In this document: piece by piece, positions 63,672-64,000 of the stretch | Position numbering within the stretch: the first letter of the stretch is position 1 | Layout of the letters: each line of letters opens with the position of its first letter | Virus record (IMG/VR): IMGVR_UViG_3300017963_000032 | Span: 15,465 to 79,464 of that record | Origin: a virus | Taxonomy: Duplodnaviria > Caudoviricetes | Length of the DNA stretch: 64,000 nt | Direction: 5' to 3' (one strand) | Made by a program: the position numbers and the translations under genes | Notes under the pieces: generated by a model | The model's input: only the letters and a program-made list of their open reading frames with translations | What the model was told of the DNA's origin: nothing | Database searches by the model: none

Positions 63672-64000
63672 CTCAATTCGATTTCGACCCTAACGCTATA
63701 AGCGATGAGCAAGTTAATTTCATTAGAAAGAGTGTTACAGACCCAAAGAGCAGAACAACAAATACTACTCAGAATTTCTCAGGTACCGGAGTTCAAACAG
63801 AATTTCAAGTTACTAATGCAACTTCTTTTCAATTTGTAAATTCAGTTACAGTTGGAGGAGTAGCTCAAGTTTATGGAACAGATTATACTGCTTCATTCAC
63901 TGGAGCTAACAGAGGAAAAATCACATTCACAACAGCACCAGCAGATGGTGCAGCAATAGTAGTAGATTATGATTATGGAGATAGTTGTATAGCTTATGAA
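63668..64000 (+). CDS. 3'-truncated tail/structural protein
   Basis: Open to the window end; FSGTGVQTEF...ITFTTAPADGAAI.VDY. Confidence 0.6.
   Translation, partial: MTQFDFDPNAISDEQVNFIRKSVTDPKSRTTNTTQNFSGTGVQTEFQVTNATSFQFVNSVTVGGVAQVYGTDYTASFTGANRGKITFTTAPADGAAIVVDYDYGDSCIAYE

Noticed and set aside
1-64000. Cellular chromosome segment or integrated provirus
   Set aside because: No integrase, att site, rRNA or housekeeping operon was seen. Single-strand gene orientation and the head-tail module indicate a viral genome, though the ends lie outside the window.

Overview
This window is most of the genome of an archaeal head-tailed virus (HK97-type capsid, terminase, portal-MuF). All credible genes are on the + strand. 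The archaeal host assignment rests on BRE/TATA promoters, BHB-type tRNA introns, archaeal tRNA identity elements (A1:U72 in iMet and Gln, C1:G72 in Tyr), PCNA, Pth2 and ORB-like origin boxes. A DPANN-like host is only a guess from gene style. Layout: tail/surface proteins and a putative lysis cassette (1-5.4 kb); a glycosylation/methylation cluster (7.7-16.9 kb); an intergenic ORB-containing origin (17.2-17.5 kb); small early genes with Cas4-like nuclease, Hjc-like resolvase and PCNA (17.6-28 kb); an RNA/translation island (28.1-40.3 kb); and the packaging/head module (41.5-64 kb), which is interrupted by large signal-peptide-bearing proteins. The RNA island is the most striking part. It holds a class II CCA-adding enzyme, an HD hydrolase, four tandem Y-RNA-like elements in front of a Ro60/TROVE gene, exactly one tRNA for each of the 20 amino acids (five with introns, two with unexpected long variable arms), a circularly permuted tRNA-like gene, Pth2, a Pol-beta NTase and an HNH nuclease. 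All RNA structures were paired by eye and protein calls come from motif recognition. No database searches were run.
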